NCBI GenBank assembly: GCA_046861655.1
Contig: JBHIAI010000022.1
Span: forward strand, 1-19,652
Source of the DNA: Fidelibacterota bacterium
Lineage (GTDB): Bacteria > Fidelibacterota > Marinisomatia > Marinisomatales > S15-B10
DNA length: 19,652 bases
Direction: 5' to 3'
The notes beneath the pieces are model-generated. The model was not told the DNA's origin and did no database searches. It worked only from the letters and a program-made list of their open reading frames with translations. The translations under genes and the position numbers were made by a program. Positions 1-7,820 of the stretch are shown here, piece by piece; position 1 is the first letter of the stretch; every line of letters begins with the position of its first letter.

Positions 1-61
1 AACTGGCCGCAGCCAGAGTCAAGATGATAAGGATAACGCGTTCCGCAGTGGAGAAAAACAT
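1..61 (-). CDS. 5' end of a probable membrane or exported protein running off the window (MFFSTAERVILIILTLAAAS...)
   Basis: ATG at 61-59, open to position 1, with a hydrophobic N-terminal stretch. Co-oriented downstream of etfA. Only 20 codons are visible. Confidence 0.5.
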   Translation of the reverse strand, partial: MFFSTAERVILIILTLAAAS

Positions 62-76
62 TTTCCAAGTATCAGG

Positions 77-133
77 CGTCCCGCGGAAGCGGGACGGCGA
101 GTTTCACGGATTCCCGGTCCCGCCCGGGCGGGA
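77..133. repeat. Two related GC-rich palindromes (REP-like or terminator-like hairpins)
   Basis: 77-96 is cgtcccgc-ggaa-gcgggacg (8-bp stem). 118-133 is tcccgcccgggcggga (perfect 16-bp palindrome). Both share tcccgc-N4-gcggga. Confidence 0.6.
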
Positions 134-175
134 AGCAGGGGAATAGTCTGGAGGAGTTGGACCTCATGGATCGCT

Positions 176-1156
176 CTAGCTCTTCTCACGCCGGATGGCC
201 TCGGTCAACCTGGGTACGATCTCCTGCATATCCCCAACAATCCCGTAATCTGCCAGTTCAAACAGGGGGGCATCCGGATCTTTGTTGATGACCACGATAT
301 TCTTGGAGCCTTTCATCCCCACCACGTGCTGGATGGCTCCCGATATCCCCAGGGCCAGGTACAGTTTGGGATTGACCGTTTGTCCGGAGCTGCCCACCTG
401 GTGATAGGAAGGGAGCCACCCCGCGTCCACAACCGGACGGGAGGCAGCCAGTTGGGCACCGAGAATCTGGGCCAGATCTTTCACCTGTTGGAGGTTTTCG
501 TCCTTTCCCACACCGCGACCGACGGCCACGATCAGGTCAGCCCCGGAAAGGTCCACTTCGGCCTTTGTCTCCTGGAACGGTTCTTCAGCGTGGGTCTTTA
601 TGACCGAATCATCGAGTTCAACGGTCACCCGACGAATCGGTGCTTCGGATCCCATGGCAACGGCATCTGCCTGAAAAGCGGCCGCCTGGAAGGATACCAG
701 GCACAGGCCGGCCTCAGAAGGTACCACATGGGCCACCAGTTTTCCCATGAATGCCTGTTTGGCAAAAATCGCCTCTCCATTTTCCACCCTGTAGCCGATG
801 TTGTCTGCCAGAAACGGTGCCGCAAGGAGGGCACTTACCTTGGGAAGAAAATCCCTCACCATGTAGGTATGACCCATAACCACATAACGGGGGGATTCAA
901 TTTCCACGATCTGCTTGAGGGCCTGAGCATATCCGTCGGGGGTATACCCGGAAAGGAGGGGATGATCGCAGAGAAGAATTTCCTCAAGCTTTGAGGACAC
1001 CAGTTCATTTCCCACGAAGGCCGCATCCTGTCCCAGGACCAGGGCGGCTGCAGTTAATCCCAGGTCTTCGGCCATGGACTGGCCCGCCGCCACAGCCTCC
1101 CAGCTCATGCGGTGGACAATGCCGTCCCTGTGTTCGATAACGATGAGAATATCCAT
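176..1156 (-). CDS. etfA: Electron transfer flavoprotein subunit alpha (326 aa)
   Basis: FAD-binding motifs ASRPVVD, QVGSSG, GISGAIQH and INKDPDAP. The start was reassigned to ATG 1156 (MDILIVIEH), which overlaps the etfB stop as TGATG. Confidence 0.95.
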   Translation of the reverse strand: MDILIVIEHRDGIVHRMSWEAVAAGQSMAEDLGLTAAALVLGQDAAFVGNELVSSKLEEILLCDHPLLSGYTPDGYAQALKQIVEIESPRYVVMGHTYMVRDFLPKVSALLAAPFLADNIGYRVENGEAIFAKQAFMGKLVAHVVPSEAGLCLVSFQAAAFQADAVAMGSEAPIRRVTVELDDSVIKTHAEEPFQETKAEVDLSGADLIVAVGRGVGKDENLQQVKDLAQILGAQLAASRPVVDAGWLPSYHQVGSSGQTVNPKLYLALGISGAIQHVVGMKGSKNIVVINKDPDAPLFELADYGIVGDMQEIVPRLTEAIRREKS

Positions 1157-1929
1157 CAGAGAACTTTCGCCTCCCGTTTCAGGATCTCCACCAATCTGGC
1201 GACCACCTGGTCCGTGGTGCCTTCTATCATTTCCGTTCTCTTGGACTTCCGGGGAAGGTCGAGTCTGACCAGGGACTGGAGATGGACGACTTCCGTTTCC
1301 AGCTCCTCCCTCGGGAGGGTGCGGATCTCTTTCTTCCTGGCACCCATGATGCCTTTGAGAGAAGGATACCGGGGTGTATTGATTCCCGATTGTATGGAGA
1401 CGCAAGCCGGCAGTTTCAGGGCAACCCATTGAAACCAACCCGCCTCCAGCTCTCGTTTCACCCGGAAGGTATCGCCGGCTATCTCTGTGGCCATAACCAG
1501 AGTAGCCGTTGACATGCCCAGCATTTCTCCCACCATGACTCCCGTTTGCCCCAGGCCCAGGTCGTCCGACTGCAGTCCGGCCAGGACAAGATCGAAGTTC
1601 TCTCCCTTAAGGGCATTGGCAAACACCCGGGCGTTCCCGAAGGGGTCGGAACCGTAAGGAGACGATTCCTCAATGTGGATGGCACGATCGGCACCCTTTG
1701 AGAGGGCTTCCCGAAGGGTCCGCTTTACCCGCTCCGGTCCGAGGCTGACCGCCACCACTTCGCCGCCCCCGGACTTTTCCCGTATCTGTAAAGCTTCCTC
1801 CAGAGCGTACGTATCGCTTTCGTTGGTGGTGAAGGTCAGGTTTTCTTCCCGGATCCAGGTGCTGTCATCGTTGAGCTTAAGGGGAGAGTCAGATCCTGGT
1901 ACCTGTTTGATTAACACGCAAATCTTCAT
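1156..1929 (-). CDS. etfB: Electron transfer flavoprotein subunit beta (257 aa)
   Basis: MKICVLIKQVP start, ALEEAL, GADRAI and INTPRYPSL motifs. AGGAGG ribosome-binding site upstream. Confidence 0.95.
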   Translation of the reverse strand: MKICVLIKQVPGSDSPLKLNDDSTWIREENLTFTTNESDTYALEEALQIREKSGGGEVVAVSLGPERVKRTLREALSKGADRAIHIEESSPYGSDPFGNARVFANALKGENFDLVLAGLQSDDLGLGQTGVMVGEMLGMSTATLVMATEIAGDTFRVKRELEAGWFQWVALKLPACVSIQSGINTPRYPSLKGIMGARKKEIRTLPREELETEVVHLQSLVRLDLPRKSKRTEMIEGTTDQVVARLVEILKREAKVL

Positions 1930-1983
1930 CTGAAATCTTCCTCCTGAGACATGGGAAGGGGGGTGTGGTAAACCGCGTTATGA

Positions 1984-2017
1984 AGTTTAAATCACACCTT
2001 GAGAAAAAGCAAGGTGT
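1984..2017 (-). promoter_or_regulatory. Putative sigma70 promoter of etfBA with an overlapping inverted repeat
   Basis: Minus strand TTGCTT (2012-2007), 17 bp, TAAACT (1989-1984). Inverted repeat acaccttg-N8-caaggtgt at 1994-2017 overlaps the -35. Confidence 0.55.
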
Positions 2018-2034
2018 CACGGCTTGAGGAAGGC

Positions 2035-2469
2035 TTAGGAAGCCAGGTGAACCAGCTCAATTCCCGCCTCGAGGGCGTGTTTTCTTATCCTTTCGTCCCT
2101 GTAGAATTCTCCGTAGTAGATCTTCCGGATTCCGGCATTGGCGATCATCTTGAAACAGTCATAGCAGGGGCTGGCGGTGATGTAGATTTCGCTGTCGTTG
2201 ATGGTTACGCCGTTCCTGGCCGCCTGAACGATGGCGTTGGCCTCGGCATGGATGGTCCGGACGCAGTGGCCGTTTTCCATTTCATGTCCTGCGTCGTCGC
2301 AGTGGGGAAGACCGCGAATGCTGCCGTTGTAACCGGTCGACAGGATGGTCTTGTCCCGGACGATAACGGCACCGACGTGCTTCCGGTCGCAGGTGGCCCG
2401 GCTGGCTACTTCCCGGGCGATATTCATGAAATAGGTTTCCTGGCCAACCCGGCCTTTGGATCGAGTCAC
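2035..2469 (-). CDS. dCMP deaminase / ComEB-family zinc-dependent deaminase (144 aa)
   Basis: YFMNIA..VASRATC, GAVIV, TGYNG, HAEANAI and SPCYDC zinc-deaminase motifs. GTG start. Confidence 0.9.
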   Translation of the reverse strand: MTRSKGRVGQETYFMNIAREVASRATCDRKHVGAVIVRDKTILSTGYNGSIRGLPHCDDAGHEMENGHCVRTIHAEANAIVQAARNGVTINDSEIYITASPCYDCFKMIANAGIRKIYYGEFYRDERIRKHALEAGIELVHLAS

Positions 2470-2508
2470 AACGGAAAGTTAACGGTGGAAAGGGAAAGGA
2501 CACAAAGA

Positions 2509-2600
2509 ATTGACTGTTGATTATTGAAAATTGATTATTTACGGGCAAACGGTTGCTCGTTTCTCGTCACCGGTTACCGGGTGCCTGTCAACTGGCTACT
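2509..2600. repeat. Degenerate 7-nt tandem repeats (two blocks)
   Basis: 2509-2543: attgact/gttgatt/attgaaa/attgatt/atttacg. 2552-2600: gttgctc/gtttctc/gtcaccg/gttaccg/ggtgcct/gtcaact/ggctact. Confidence 0.7.
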
Positions 2601-2874
2601 GCGTACTCCCTGACGGCGCTTTCTTCCTGGAGGAGCGGTCGAAAATCCTGACAGATCCGCACGGTTCGCCATAGAGGACATGGTCGGCGTGGGCCACCAG
2701 CTTCGCCGTAAGGATCAGATACGCCCAGGTGGGCACGGGGACATCCGAGCACCCTTTTATGAGAACCCGCTTCTTCCTGTACCGGGACCAGTCGATCTCT
2801 TCCACCGACTTCCGGAAGGAAGCCTCCCTGAGGATCCCGTTGTCCAGAAAATCGTCCATGTATATCGTTTCCAT
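2596..2874 (-). CDS. DUF2480-like protein, short form (92 aa)
   Basis: GILRE..FR, DWSRY, VLIKGCSDVPVP, WAY and YGEPC segments match my recollection of the SUF-associated DUF2480 family. Confidence 0.75.
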   Translation of the reverse strand: METIYMDDFLDNGILREASFRKSVEEIDWSRYRKKRVLIKGCSDVPVPTWAYLILTAKLVAHADHVLYGEPCGSVRIFDRSSRKKAPSGSTQ

Positions 2875-2877
2875 GGT

Positions 2878-3012
2878 GGGTTAGGAGTCAGGGGTTATGG
2901 GTTAGGGGGAAAAGCTGGAGAACTGGAGAGATGGAGGATTGGGCCGAGAGCACAAATAACCAGTGACCTGTTACGCATTACGAATTCCGCATCCCGAATT
3001 ACGCATTACGCC
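2878..3012. repeat. Degenerate 7- and 8-nt tandem repeats (three blocks)
   Basis: 2878-2905: gggttag/gagtcag/gggttat/gggttag. 2914-2937: gctggaga/actggaga/gatggagg. 2971-3012: ttacgca/ttacgaa/ttccgca/tcccgaa/ttacgca/ttacgcc. Confidence 0.75.
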
Positions 3013-3102
3013 GAATGGCTCAACGCAAAATGCAGAGTGGTAAGTGAAAAAGTCAAAACAACCAACGTTATTTTTCAATTCGCACTTCCGTGTGGCGGTA
3101 CG

Positions 3103-3456
3103 CTACACGGAGAAGGAGGTTCCGCATCCGCATGTTCGGACGGCGTTGGGATTGTTGAACCGGAACCCTCCGGAAAGCACATCTGTGGAAAAATCGATTT
3201 CCATTCCCCTCAGATACATGAGGGATTTCAGATCTACCACCACCTGGATACCGTGAGACTGGAAGATCTTGTCGAAATCCCCCACGGAATCGTCCCAGCC
3301 GAGGGCGTAGTTGAGGCCGGAACACCCTCCGCCCGTCACAGCCGCCCTCAGGTAGGGTCCGTCCTGGGGTGACCGGATCTGTTTCAGACGTTCGGCGGCC
3401 CGTTCTGTGAGGGTAATTCCTTCAAGAATTTCCTGTGTCAGTTCGGTTTCAGGCAT
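3103..3456 (-). CDS. iscA: A-type Fe-S carrier protein, HesB/IscA/SufA family (117 aa)
   Basis: ITLTERAA, GGCSG and NPNAVRTCGCGTSF motifs. The start was reassigned to ATG 3456 (MPETEL), which follows AAGGA. Confidence 0.92.
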   Translation of the reverse strand: MPETELTQEILEGITLTERAAERLKQIRSPQDGPYLRAAVTGGGCSGLNYALGWDDSVGDFDKIFQSHGIQVVVDLKSLMYLRGMEIDFSTDVLSGGFRFNNPNAVRTCGCGTSFSV

Positions 3457-3478
3457 GATGGATCCTTTCTTGGTTGTG

Positions 3479-3859
3479 TTATTGCCAGCTTCCTGGCTCC
3501 TCCGGTTCAGGAGGGGACTGGGGTTTCGCACGGGAAGCAATTCCGAACCCAAGTTTCTGTTTTGCTTCATCGCTCATCATCTCCGGCTTCCAGGGAGGAT
3601 CGAAAGTTACCTCCACCTGGGCCGCAGACACGCCGGGGAGGGATTCCACCTTTTCCTGGATGTCGCGGGCCATAAGACCGCCCATGCCGCAGCCCGGCGT
3701 GGTCAGGGACATGACCACCTTTACCGTACTGACTCCCTCGGGAGAAGCGGACTCGATGTCAATGTCGTAGATGAGGCCCAGATTCCACAGGTCAATGGGA
3801 ATCTCCGGGTCGTAGCACTCCTTCAAGACGCTTACGATCTGTTCTTCGGTGACGGTCAT
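3479..3859 (-). CDS. DUF59 / FeS_assembly_P (short SufT / PaaD / MIP18-like) protein (126 aa)
   Basis: YDPEIPIDLWNLGLIY, MSLTTPGCGMG and FDPPW motifs. ATG 3859 lies just after the rrf2 stop. Confidence 0.9.
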   Translation of the reverse strand: MTVTEEQIVSVLKECYDPEIPIDLWNLGLIYDIDIESASPEGVSTVKVVMSLTTPGCGMGGLMARDIQEKVESLPGVSAAQVEVTFDPPWKPEMMSDEAKQKLGFGIASRAKPQSPPEPEEPGSWQ

Positions 3860-3866
3860 GGCCGGG

Positions 3867-4268
3867 CTATCCTTCCACAATGTCGGAAACCGTGATCCCC
3901 TCCAGCATGTTCCTCATGGTCCGGTTGATCCTTTCCACGGGCAAACGAATGGTGCAGCTTCCCACGATCTCACAATTTGAATCGAAATAGCAGTCCATGA
4001 TTCCCAGGGGTCCTTCCATGGTCTCAAAAAACTCTCTCAGTGTGATGCTTTCAAGCTTCGCTTTCAGCCTGTACCCTCCCCTGGGACCCTGCACAGGCTG
4101 AATGATCCCCTTCCGGGCCAGTTCCTGGAGGATTTTCGCGAGAAGGGGATAGGGAATATCACAACGTTCTGAAATCTCCCGGGTGCTGACAACGCTATCC
4201 TTTTCAACCGACTGTATGTGTCGCAGAGCAATGAGACTGTATTCAGTCCTTCTGGTTAGTTTCAGCAT
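3867..4268 (-). CDS. Rrf2-family transcriptional regulator, IscR-like Fe-S assembly regulator (133 aa)
   Basis: Winged helix-turn-helix with LAKILQEL and GPRGGYRL. Three Cys in C-x5-C-x5-C spacing (DCYFDSNCEIVGSC). Confidence 0.92.
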   Translation of the reverse strand: MLKLTRRTEYSLIALRHIQSVEKDSVVSTREISERCDIPYPLLAKILQELARKGIIQPVQGPRGGYRLKAKLESITLREFFETMEGPLGIMDCYFDSNCEIVGSCTIRLPVERINRTMRNMLEGITVSDIVEG

Positions 4269-4271
4269 GTT

Positions 4272-4296
4272 TAACCCGACTATAATAGTCCTGTTT
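4272..4296. promoter_or_regulatory. IscR/Rrf2-type operator (candidate autoregulatory site)
   Basis: TAACCC-GACTATAATAGTC-CTGTTT. The core fits the IscR type-1 pattern GACTRwwwYAGTC. It lies between the -10 and the rrf2 ATG. Confidence 0.75.
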
Positions 4297-4298
4297 CA

Positions 4299-4327
4299 AC
4301 TTTAAAGAACTGGTCTGTCATTTGCAA
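4299..4327 (-). promoter_or_regulatory. Putative sigma70 promoter of rrf2
   Basis: Minus strand TTGCAA (4327-4322), 17 bp, TAAAGT (4304-4299). Confidence 0.65.
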
Positions 4328-4346
4328 GGGGCAATCCCGTTCAACC

Positions 4347-5501
4347 TCAGGCTGTTACCAGCCGGGATAGTTTCTTGACCGTGGCCACGATCTCCCCGGT
4401 GGCGGTGGCAATGTCTTCCTGAGTGGTAAACCTTCCCACCGAGAAGCGAACGGCTGAGAGGGCCTCTTGTTCGGTCCTGCCCAGGGCCCGGATCACGTAG
4501 GAGGGCTCCAGGGTGGCACTGGAGCAGGCCGAGCCGGTTGAGCAGGCCACATGTTTCATCCCCATGAGAAGGGATTCGGCGTCCACTCCGGGAAAGCAGA
4601 CGCTCAGATTGTGAGGGAGCCGGTGTTTCAGGCTCCCGTTCACAACCACATCAGGCAGCTCCTTCTGGATTCCGGTCCGGAGTCTATCCGTTAAGTCTTT
4701 CAGCCTGTCATTCTCCGCTTCGCGTTCTTTCCGGAGAATCCGGACGGCTTTCCCCAGACCCACAACCAGGGGTACTGGCACCGTTCCCGAACGCATTCCC
4801 CGCTCGTGTCCTCCTCCGTCCATCTGGATTTCCAGCTTCACGCCCGGTTGCCGTGCCCGGACGTACAGAAACCCGATACCCTTGGGGCCGTAAATCTTGT
4901 GTCCCGATGCCGCCAGGAGATGGATACCCGCCCTCTTCACGTCCAGAGGGAGTTTTGCGAAGGACTGGGCGGCGTCCACGGCGAAGAATACCCCCTTGTC
5001 TTCACAGATGGCTCCGATTTCTTCAATGGGGTTCAGCACTCCGATTTCGTTGTTGGCGTGCATGATGACCACCATCACCGTGTCTTCCCGGATGGCTGAC
5101 CCCACCCGTTCGGGACTGACCCGGCCGTCCTTTTCCACGGGCAGATAGGTGATCTTCCACTCCTGGGCCTCCAGGTGCTTGCAGGTATCCAGTACCGCTC
5201 GGTGTTCGGTGACCTGGGTGACCATATGACGTCCCCTGTCCCGGTAGGCCTGGGCAACACCCTTTAAGGCCAGGTTCACCGATTCAGTGGCCCCGCTAGT
5301 AAAGACGATCTCCCTGGGGGAGGCGTTCAGCTCCTGGGCCACCGTTTTCCGGGCTCTGTCCACCGCTTCTTCCGCCTCCCATCCAAACCTGTGGTTCCGG
5401 CTGGCGGCATTGCCGTATTTGTCCGTGAAATAGGGGACCATGGCCTCCATGACGCGGGGATCAACGGGAGTGGTGGCATTATAGTCCAGGTATATTATCA
5501 C
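4347..5501 (-). CDS. iscS: Cysteine desulfurase, group I (IscS/NifS type; 384 aa)
   Basis: YLDYNATTP, FTSGATES, HANNEIG, SGHKIYGPKG (PLP Lys), GGGHERGMRSGT and STGSAC (catalytic Cys). Confidence 0.93.
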   Translation of the reverse strand: MIIYLDYNATTPVDPRVMEAMVPYFTDKYGNAASRNHRFGWEAEEAVDRARKTVAQELNASPREIVFTSGATESVNLALKGVAQAYRDRGRHMVTQVTEHRAVLDTCKHLEAQEWKITYLPVEKDGRVSPERVGSAIREDTVMVVIMHANNEIGVLNPIEEIGAICEDKGVFFAVDAAQSFAKLPLDVKRAGIHLLAASGHKIYGPKGIGFLYVRARQPGVKLEIQMDGGGHERGMRSGTVPVPLVVGLGKAVRILRKEREAENDRLKDLTDRLRTGIQKELPDVVVNGSLKHRLPHNLSVCFPGVDAESLLMGMKHVACSTGSACSSATLEPSYVIRALGRTEQEALSAVRFSVGRFTTQEDIATATGEIVATVKKLSRLVTA

Positions 5502-5512
5502 TCCGGATTCCC

Positions 5513-6793
5513 TCAGGTGAGAAAAGCCAGGGCCTTTCTGACGCCCTCAGCCAGACGGTCGATTTCCTGTTTTGTGTTGTAAACGTAGAAGCTGGCCCGT
5601 ACGGTGGCCGGTACTCCCAGCCTCTGCATCACAGGCTGGGCGCAATGGTGACCGGCCCGGACGGCAATACCTTCGTGGTCAAGAAACTGGGCCAGGTCGT
5701 GAGGATGAATTCCCTTCACGTTGAAACTCACGACGGCTCCCCGAACGGGAGGACTTCCGTAGATAGTGACCTCCGGAACGGCACCCATTACCTCCAGGGC
5801 GTACTCCAGGAGCCCCTGCTCGTAGGCATGGATATTCTCTATTCCCAGATCTTCAATGTACTCCACAGCCGCCCCCAGTCCGATGGCCTGGGCAATGTTG
5901 GGCGTCCCGGCTTCAAACTTTCCCGGCACCTCATTCCAGGTGGCATGCTCCATGGTGACCGTTCGGATCATCTCCCCTCCCCCCAGGAACGGTTCCATGG
6001 ATTCCAGGAGCGGGCTTTTTCCGAACAGGACTCCCACCCCGCTGGGCCCCAGCATCTTATGACCGGAGAACGCCAGGAAATCACATCCCAGTTCCTGGAC
6101 GTTCACAGGGGAATGGGGGACGCTCTGGGCACCATCCACCAGCACCAGGGCACCCACCGCCCGGGCGTACTCCACGATCCGTTCGATAGGATTCACCGTT
6201 CCAAAGACGTTGGACTGGTGAGTCACTGCGACCATCCGAGTGTGGGAGGTGAAGGTTTCTCCTGGATCATCAGGAAGGTTGAGGGTGCCGTTGGTGTGGA
6301 TGGGAATGTAGCGGAGAACGGCCCCTGTGTCCCTGGCCAACAGCTGCCAGGGAATGATGTTGCTGTGGTGTTCCATCTCCGTGACCAGGATCTCGTCAGA
6401 GGGACCCAGACGGTAGCGTCCCCAGGCATAAGCTACCAGATTGATGGCCTCAGTGGTCCCCCGGGTGAATACGATGGATCTGGCACCTTCCGCGCCGATG
6501 AAACCGGCCACCCGGGACCGGGCCTCTTCGTATTCCTCTGTCGCCTTCTCGCCGATCGCGTAAATGGTCCGGTGAACATTGGCGTTGTAAGACCGGTAGT
6601 ACTCGTTGAGCTTATCCAGAACCCGCCCCGGTTTCTGGGAAGTGGCAGCGTTGTCCAGGTACGCCAGGGGATGACCGTGGACCTCCAATGTGAGGATAGG
6701 GAAATCTGCCCGGATCTGTTCCACGTCCAGGGACGTTGACCGGGTGGATTCATCCGAAACGTCCGGCCGGGGGGTTTTCGTGCTCAGGCTCAC
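5513..6793 (-). CDS. sufS: Cysteine desulfurase, group II (SufS type; about 426 aa)
   Basis: YLDNAATSQKP, EHHSN, SGHKMLGP, FEAGTPN and RAGHHCAQP motifs. The likely start is GTG 6793, overlapping the sufT stop as GTGA. The start is less certain than the identity. Confidence 0.93.
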   Translation of the reverse strand: MSLSTKTPRPDVSDESTRSTSLDVEQIRADFPILTLEVHGHPLAYLDNAATSQKPGRVLDKLNEYYRSYNANVHRTIYAIGEKATEEYEEARSRVAGFIGAEGARSIVFTRGTTEAINLVAYAWGRYRLGPSDEILVTEMEHHSNIIPWQLLARDTGAVLRYIPIHTNGTLNLPDDPGETFTSHTRMVAVTHQSNVFGTVNPIERIVEYARAVGALVLVDGAQSVPHSPVNVQELGCDFLAFSGHKMLGPSGVGVLFGKSPLLESMEPFLGGGEMIRTVTMEHATWNEVPGKFEAGTPNIAQAIGLGAAVEYIEDLGIENIHAYEQGLLEYALEVMGAVPEVTIYGSPPVRGAVVSFNVKGIHPHDLAQFLDHEGIAVRAGHHCAQPVMQRLGVPATVRASFYVYNTKQEIDRLAEGVRKALAFLT

Positions 6794-7341
6794 AGGAGCC
6801 CCAGCTGCAGTTTGGCCGCGTCCGATATCATGCTCTGGTTCCATGGAGGATCCCACACCAGTTCCACGTCAACCTCCCTGACCCCGGGAATTTCCATGAT
6901 CCTGGATTTCACCTCCTCCGCCAGAGGTCCTCCCATTCCACAGCCCGGTGCAGTGAGGGTCATCTTGACTTCTACCCGGGTGCCCCCCTTTTCCAGGGGA
7001 ATGAATTCGCAGGAATAGATGAGACCCAGATCAACAATGTTGACGGGGATTTCGGGATCGTAGCAGGATTTCATCACATTCCACACCCGCTGTTCGTCCA
7101 CTTCGACGTTTTCATCCTGCTCTCGGGTCGCCGGCTCTTGAGCGACAGGTTCTTCTCCGATGGCATCGGCGTCTTTTCCTTCCAGACGAACCAGATTTCC
7201 GTGAATCAACAGGGTGTAGCTGCCTCCCAGGGCCTGGGTGATCCGCACTTCTTCCCCGGATTTGAGGGTAACCTTCGTACCGTAGGGGATGATGGTGGCC
7301 TCACAATCACGGGTCAGGGTAATAGGTTCGCTGTACTGCAT
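6790..7341 (-). CDS. sufT: Long-form Fe-S cluster assembly protein SufT (183 aa)
   Basis: N-terminal LTRDCEA..IP.G / ITQALGGSYT / DADAIG domain followed by a DUF59 domain (YDPEIP, MTLTAPGCGMG, WDPPW). Confidence 0.9.
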   Translation of the reverse strand: MQYSEPITLTRDCEATIIPYGTKVTLKSGEEVRITQALGGSYTLLIHGNLVRLEGKDADAIGEEPVAQEPATREQDENVEVDEQRVWNVMKSCYDPEIPVNIVDLGLIYSCEFIPLEKGGTRVEVKMTLTAPGCGMGGPLAEEVKSRIMEIPGVREVDVELVWDPPWNQSMISDAAKLQLGLL

Positions 7342-7358
7342 GATAACCTCATGGTTTC

Positions 7359-7820
7359 TTATTCAGTGGAAACAACCTGTTTTTCGTCCTTCAGGGACGA
7401 GTTAAAGGTGTGCCAGGCCAGGGTGGCACACTTGACCCGGACAGGGTACTTTCGAACGCCGGCCAGGACCTCCAGTTTTCTTTCGGAAGGGGAGCCAGCG
7501 TCCGCCTGTGTCACCATCGCATGAAATTCCTGGAACAGTTCCCTCGCCTCCGGGACAGATTTTCCCTTCAGCACTTTGGTCATGATGGAGGCGGAGGCTC
7601 TGGATATGGCACACCCCGACCCCTGGAAGCGGATGTCCTCAATCACATCGTTTTCCAGGTGAAGATAAACGGTTATTCTATCCCCGCACAAAGGGTTGAA
7701 TCCTTCGGCCTGTCGATTGGCCCCATCCAGGGGTCCGAAATTCCGGGGATTCCGGTTGTGGTCCAGGATCATCTCCTGGTAGAGATCCCTCAGGTCATCT
7801 CCATCATTGGAAGGAGTCAT
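7359..7820 (-). CDS. sufU: SUF-system NifU-family protein SufU (153 aa)
   Basis: LYQEMILDH, NPLCGD, GCAIS and RVKCATLAW motifs. ATG 7820 overlaps the sufD stop as ATGA. Confidence 0.92.
   Translation of the reverse strand: MTPSNDGDDLRDLYQEMILDHNRNPRNFGPLDGANRQAEGFNPLCGDRITVYLHLENDVIEDIRFQGSGCAISRASASIMTKVLKGKSVPEARELFQEFHAMVTQADAGSPSERKLEVLAGVRKYPVRVKCATLAWHTFNSSLKDEKQVVSTE

Noticed and set aside
1157..1438. 94-aa N-terminal extension of etfA in the ORF track
   Set aside because: It overlaps etfB in another frame. ETF-alpha homology begins at ATG 1156, which is coupled to the etfB stop.
2509..3012. Possible CRISPR array
   Set aside because: The units are 7-8 nt, degenerate and directly adjacent. 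There are no 23-47 nt repeats with unique spacers and no cas genes.
2680..3372. 230-aa plus-strand ORF crossing the repeat spacer
   Set aside because: It is antisense to the DUF2480-like gene and iscA and runs through tandem repeats, with no recognisable motifs.
4298..4322. Second Rrf2 operator upstream of the rrf2 site
   Set aside because: Only one half-site (GTCTGTCAT) is present and there is no matching GAC arm.
5645..6739. 364-aa plus-strand ORF
   Set aside because: It is an antisense shadow of sufS, as expected from codon bias in GC-rich genes, and has no motifs.
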